Below, piece after piece: positions 62,690-64,000 of a DNA stretch of 64,000 bases. The notes under the pieces are model-generated. The model saw only the letters and a program-made list of their open reading frames with translations. It had not been told where the DNA came from and did not search any database. The first letter of the stretch is position 1, and each line of letters begins with the position of its first letter. Where the stretch lies: contig CAVVPN010000011.1 of assembly GCA_963750165.1 (NCBI GenBank), positions 160,001 to 224,000 on the forward strand. Direction: 5' to 3'. The stretch comes from an uncultured Gemmataceae bacterium (GTDB taxonomy: Bacteria; Planctomycetota; Planctomycetia; Gemmatales; Gemmataceae). The translations under genes were made by a program, and so were the position numbers.

Positions 62690-63813
62690 CTGCCCCCGGG
62701 CAACCGCCCGGGGAACCGCGGCGGCGCGGGCCGGCGGGGCAGCGGGCGGCCCGGGAGCGGGAGCGGGCCGTGCGCGCCCGGGCGGTGGCCTTCTGCCGCT
62801 GGGCCGCCCGGCTGGGGCTGACGCGGGCGGAGGCGGCTGCACGCCTGGGGCTGTCCCTGCGGACACTGAGGCGCTGGGAGGCGCGCTGGCGGCGCGACCG
62901 GCTGCGGGCGGCAGCGCAGGGCCGGCCGGCGCAACGCTCCGACCGGGAGTTGCGCAACCGGGCGCTGGCGCTGATTGGGCTGCTGGGCCCGCGGGTGGGG
63001 CTGCCGACGCTGCAGGCGCTGTGCCCCGGGATGGCGCGCCGCGAGGTGGCCGACCTGCTGCGCCGCTACCGCCGGGCGTGGGCGCGGCGGCACCGGCTGC
63101 TGGCCCGGGTGTTGCACTGGCAGCGCCCCGGTACGGTCTGGGCGGTGGACTTCTCGGAGCCGCCGGCGCCGGTGGACGGCCAGTTCGGGCGGCTGCTGGC
63201 GGTGCGCGACCTGGCCAGCGGCTGCCAGCTGCTGTGGCTGCCGGTGGCGGACGAGACGGCTGCAACGGCCGCGGCGGCGCTGGAAGCGTTGTTCCGGGAA
63301 CACGAGGCACCGCTGGCGCTGAAGTCGGATAATGGCTCGGCGTTCGCGTCCGAGGAGTATGAGTCGCTGTTGCGGGCGTGGGAGGTGTGGCCGCTGCCCT
63401 CGCCGCCGCGGCAGCCGCGCTACAACGGCTCTTGTGAGGCCGGCATCGGCTCGATGAAGGCGCGAACGCATCAGCAGGCGGCGCGGGCGGGTCGGCCGGG
63501 GCGGTGGACGTGCGACGACGCCGAGGCGGCCCGGCTGCAGGCCAACGAGACGGCGCGGCCCTGGGGCGTCAACGGGCCGACCCCCGAGGAGGTCTGGCAA
63601 GGACGGCTGCCGGTGCAGGCCGAGAAGCGGGCGGCCTTCGGGGAGTCCGTGCGGCGGCTGGAGCGGGAGGCGCGGGCGGAGTTGGGGCATGGCCCAGACA
63701 CCGTGCTGGACCGCATGACGCAAGCGGCGGTGAACCGGGCGGCGCTGCGGCGGGCGCTGGTGGCGCACGGCCTGCTCCGGTTCACCACGCGGGAGCAGCC
63801 CGGCATGCCGTGA
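62677..63813 (+). CDS. rve/DDE transposase 2 (N-terminal HTH)
   Basis: GAGGAG RBS + GTG 62677; TRAEAAARLGLSLRTLRRWE; VWAVDF, VRDLAS, LKSDNGSAF, PRYNGSCEAG. Confidence 0.88.
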   Translation: MQRLTAPGQPPGEPRRRGPAGQRAARERERAVRARAVAFCRWAARLGLTRAEAAARLGLSLRTLRRWEARWRRDRLRAAAQGRPAQRSDRELRNRALALIGLLGPRVGLPTLQALCPGMARREVADLLRRYRRAWARRHRLLARVLHWQRPGTVWAVDFSEPPAPVDGQFGRLLAVRDLASGCQLLWLPVADETAATAAAALEALFREHEAPLALKSDNGSAFASEEYESLLRAWEVWPLPSPPRQPRYNGSCEAGIGSMKARTHQQAARAGRPGRWTCDDAEAARLQANETARPWGVNGPTPEEVWQGRLPVQAEKRAAFGESVRRLEREARAELGHGPDTVLDRMTQAAVNRAALRRALVAHGLLRFTTREQPGMP

Positions 63814-63837
63814 GCCGGCGCCCCGGGAAACGGACAG

Positions 63838-63870
63838 CGGGGCCGGGGGCAAGCGCTGCCCCCGGCCCCG
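63838..63870. terminator. GC-rich hairpin between convergent genes
   Basis: CGGGGCCGGGGGCA-agcgc-TGCCCCCGGCCCCG. Confidence 0.55.
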
Positions 63871-63877
63871 TGCCGTC

Positions 63878-64000
63878 TCAACCCGCCAGGGCGCCGGCGA
63901 CCTCGCCGAACGCCAGGGCGCGGCGGACGCGGTAGGCGGGGATGTCCTGGATGGAGTACCAGAGCCCTTTCCGCGAACGCCGCAGCCAGCGCCGCGGCAC
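63878..64000 (-). CDS. 3' end of a convergent gene (possible transposon cargo)
   Basis: Open to the window edge: VPRRWLRRSRKGLWYSIQDIPAYRVRRALAFGEVAGALAG*. Confidence 0.5.
   Translation of the reverse strand: MPRRWLRRSRKGLWYSIQDIPAYRVRRALAFGEVAGALAG

Larger units (their letters stand above)
60040..64000 (+). mobile_element. Multi-gene transposon with two DDE transposases (right end beyond the window)
   Basis: Left end TGTCCTCCTCGCCGAAATAATGGC at 60040 interrupts IS66; four co-oriented, partly translationally coupled genes follow. Confidence 0.85.

Overview
GC-rich bacterial chromosome segment, most likely Planctomycetota (Gemmataceae-like). This is inferred from two DUF1549/DUF1553 + DUF1501 operons, planctomycete-type cytochromes, WD40 proteins and the style of intergenic repeats. 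Bases 1-44.7 kb are mostly core and lineage-specific genes: infA, argC, pckA, transaldolase, CYTH/CyaB, a sigma-54 response regulator, two M16 peptidases, an RNase Z-like MBL protein, a TPR membrane protein, an SDR, a ceramidase-like protein and several tandem paralog pairs. The intergenic spaces carry many palindromic repeats and one candidate structured ncRNA. From 44.7 kb to the end is an accessory island. It begins with IS630/IS3 debris and tRNA-Gln(UUG). Next is a tRNA-integrated satellite-like element: a tyrosine integrase with an internal HTH, HTH/Zn-finger genes, a TOPRIM + DUF927-like primase-helicase, an AlpA-like excisionase, and a 68-nt tRNA-like cloverleaf just upstream of the primase. 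After that come a 560-bp MITE, an orphan low-GC RHS C-terminal toxin with an LRR partner, and an IS66 remnant. The window ends in an unusual four-gene transposon with two different rve/DDE transposases and two HTH-coiled-coil proteins, whose bipartite TGT...ACA end motif occurs four times. At least eight genes or sites show small frameshifts in G/C runs, probably long-read sequencing errors. All domain calls come from motif recognition by eye; no searches were run.
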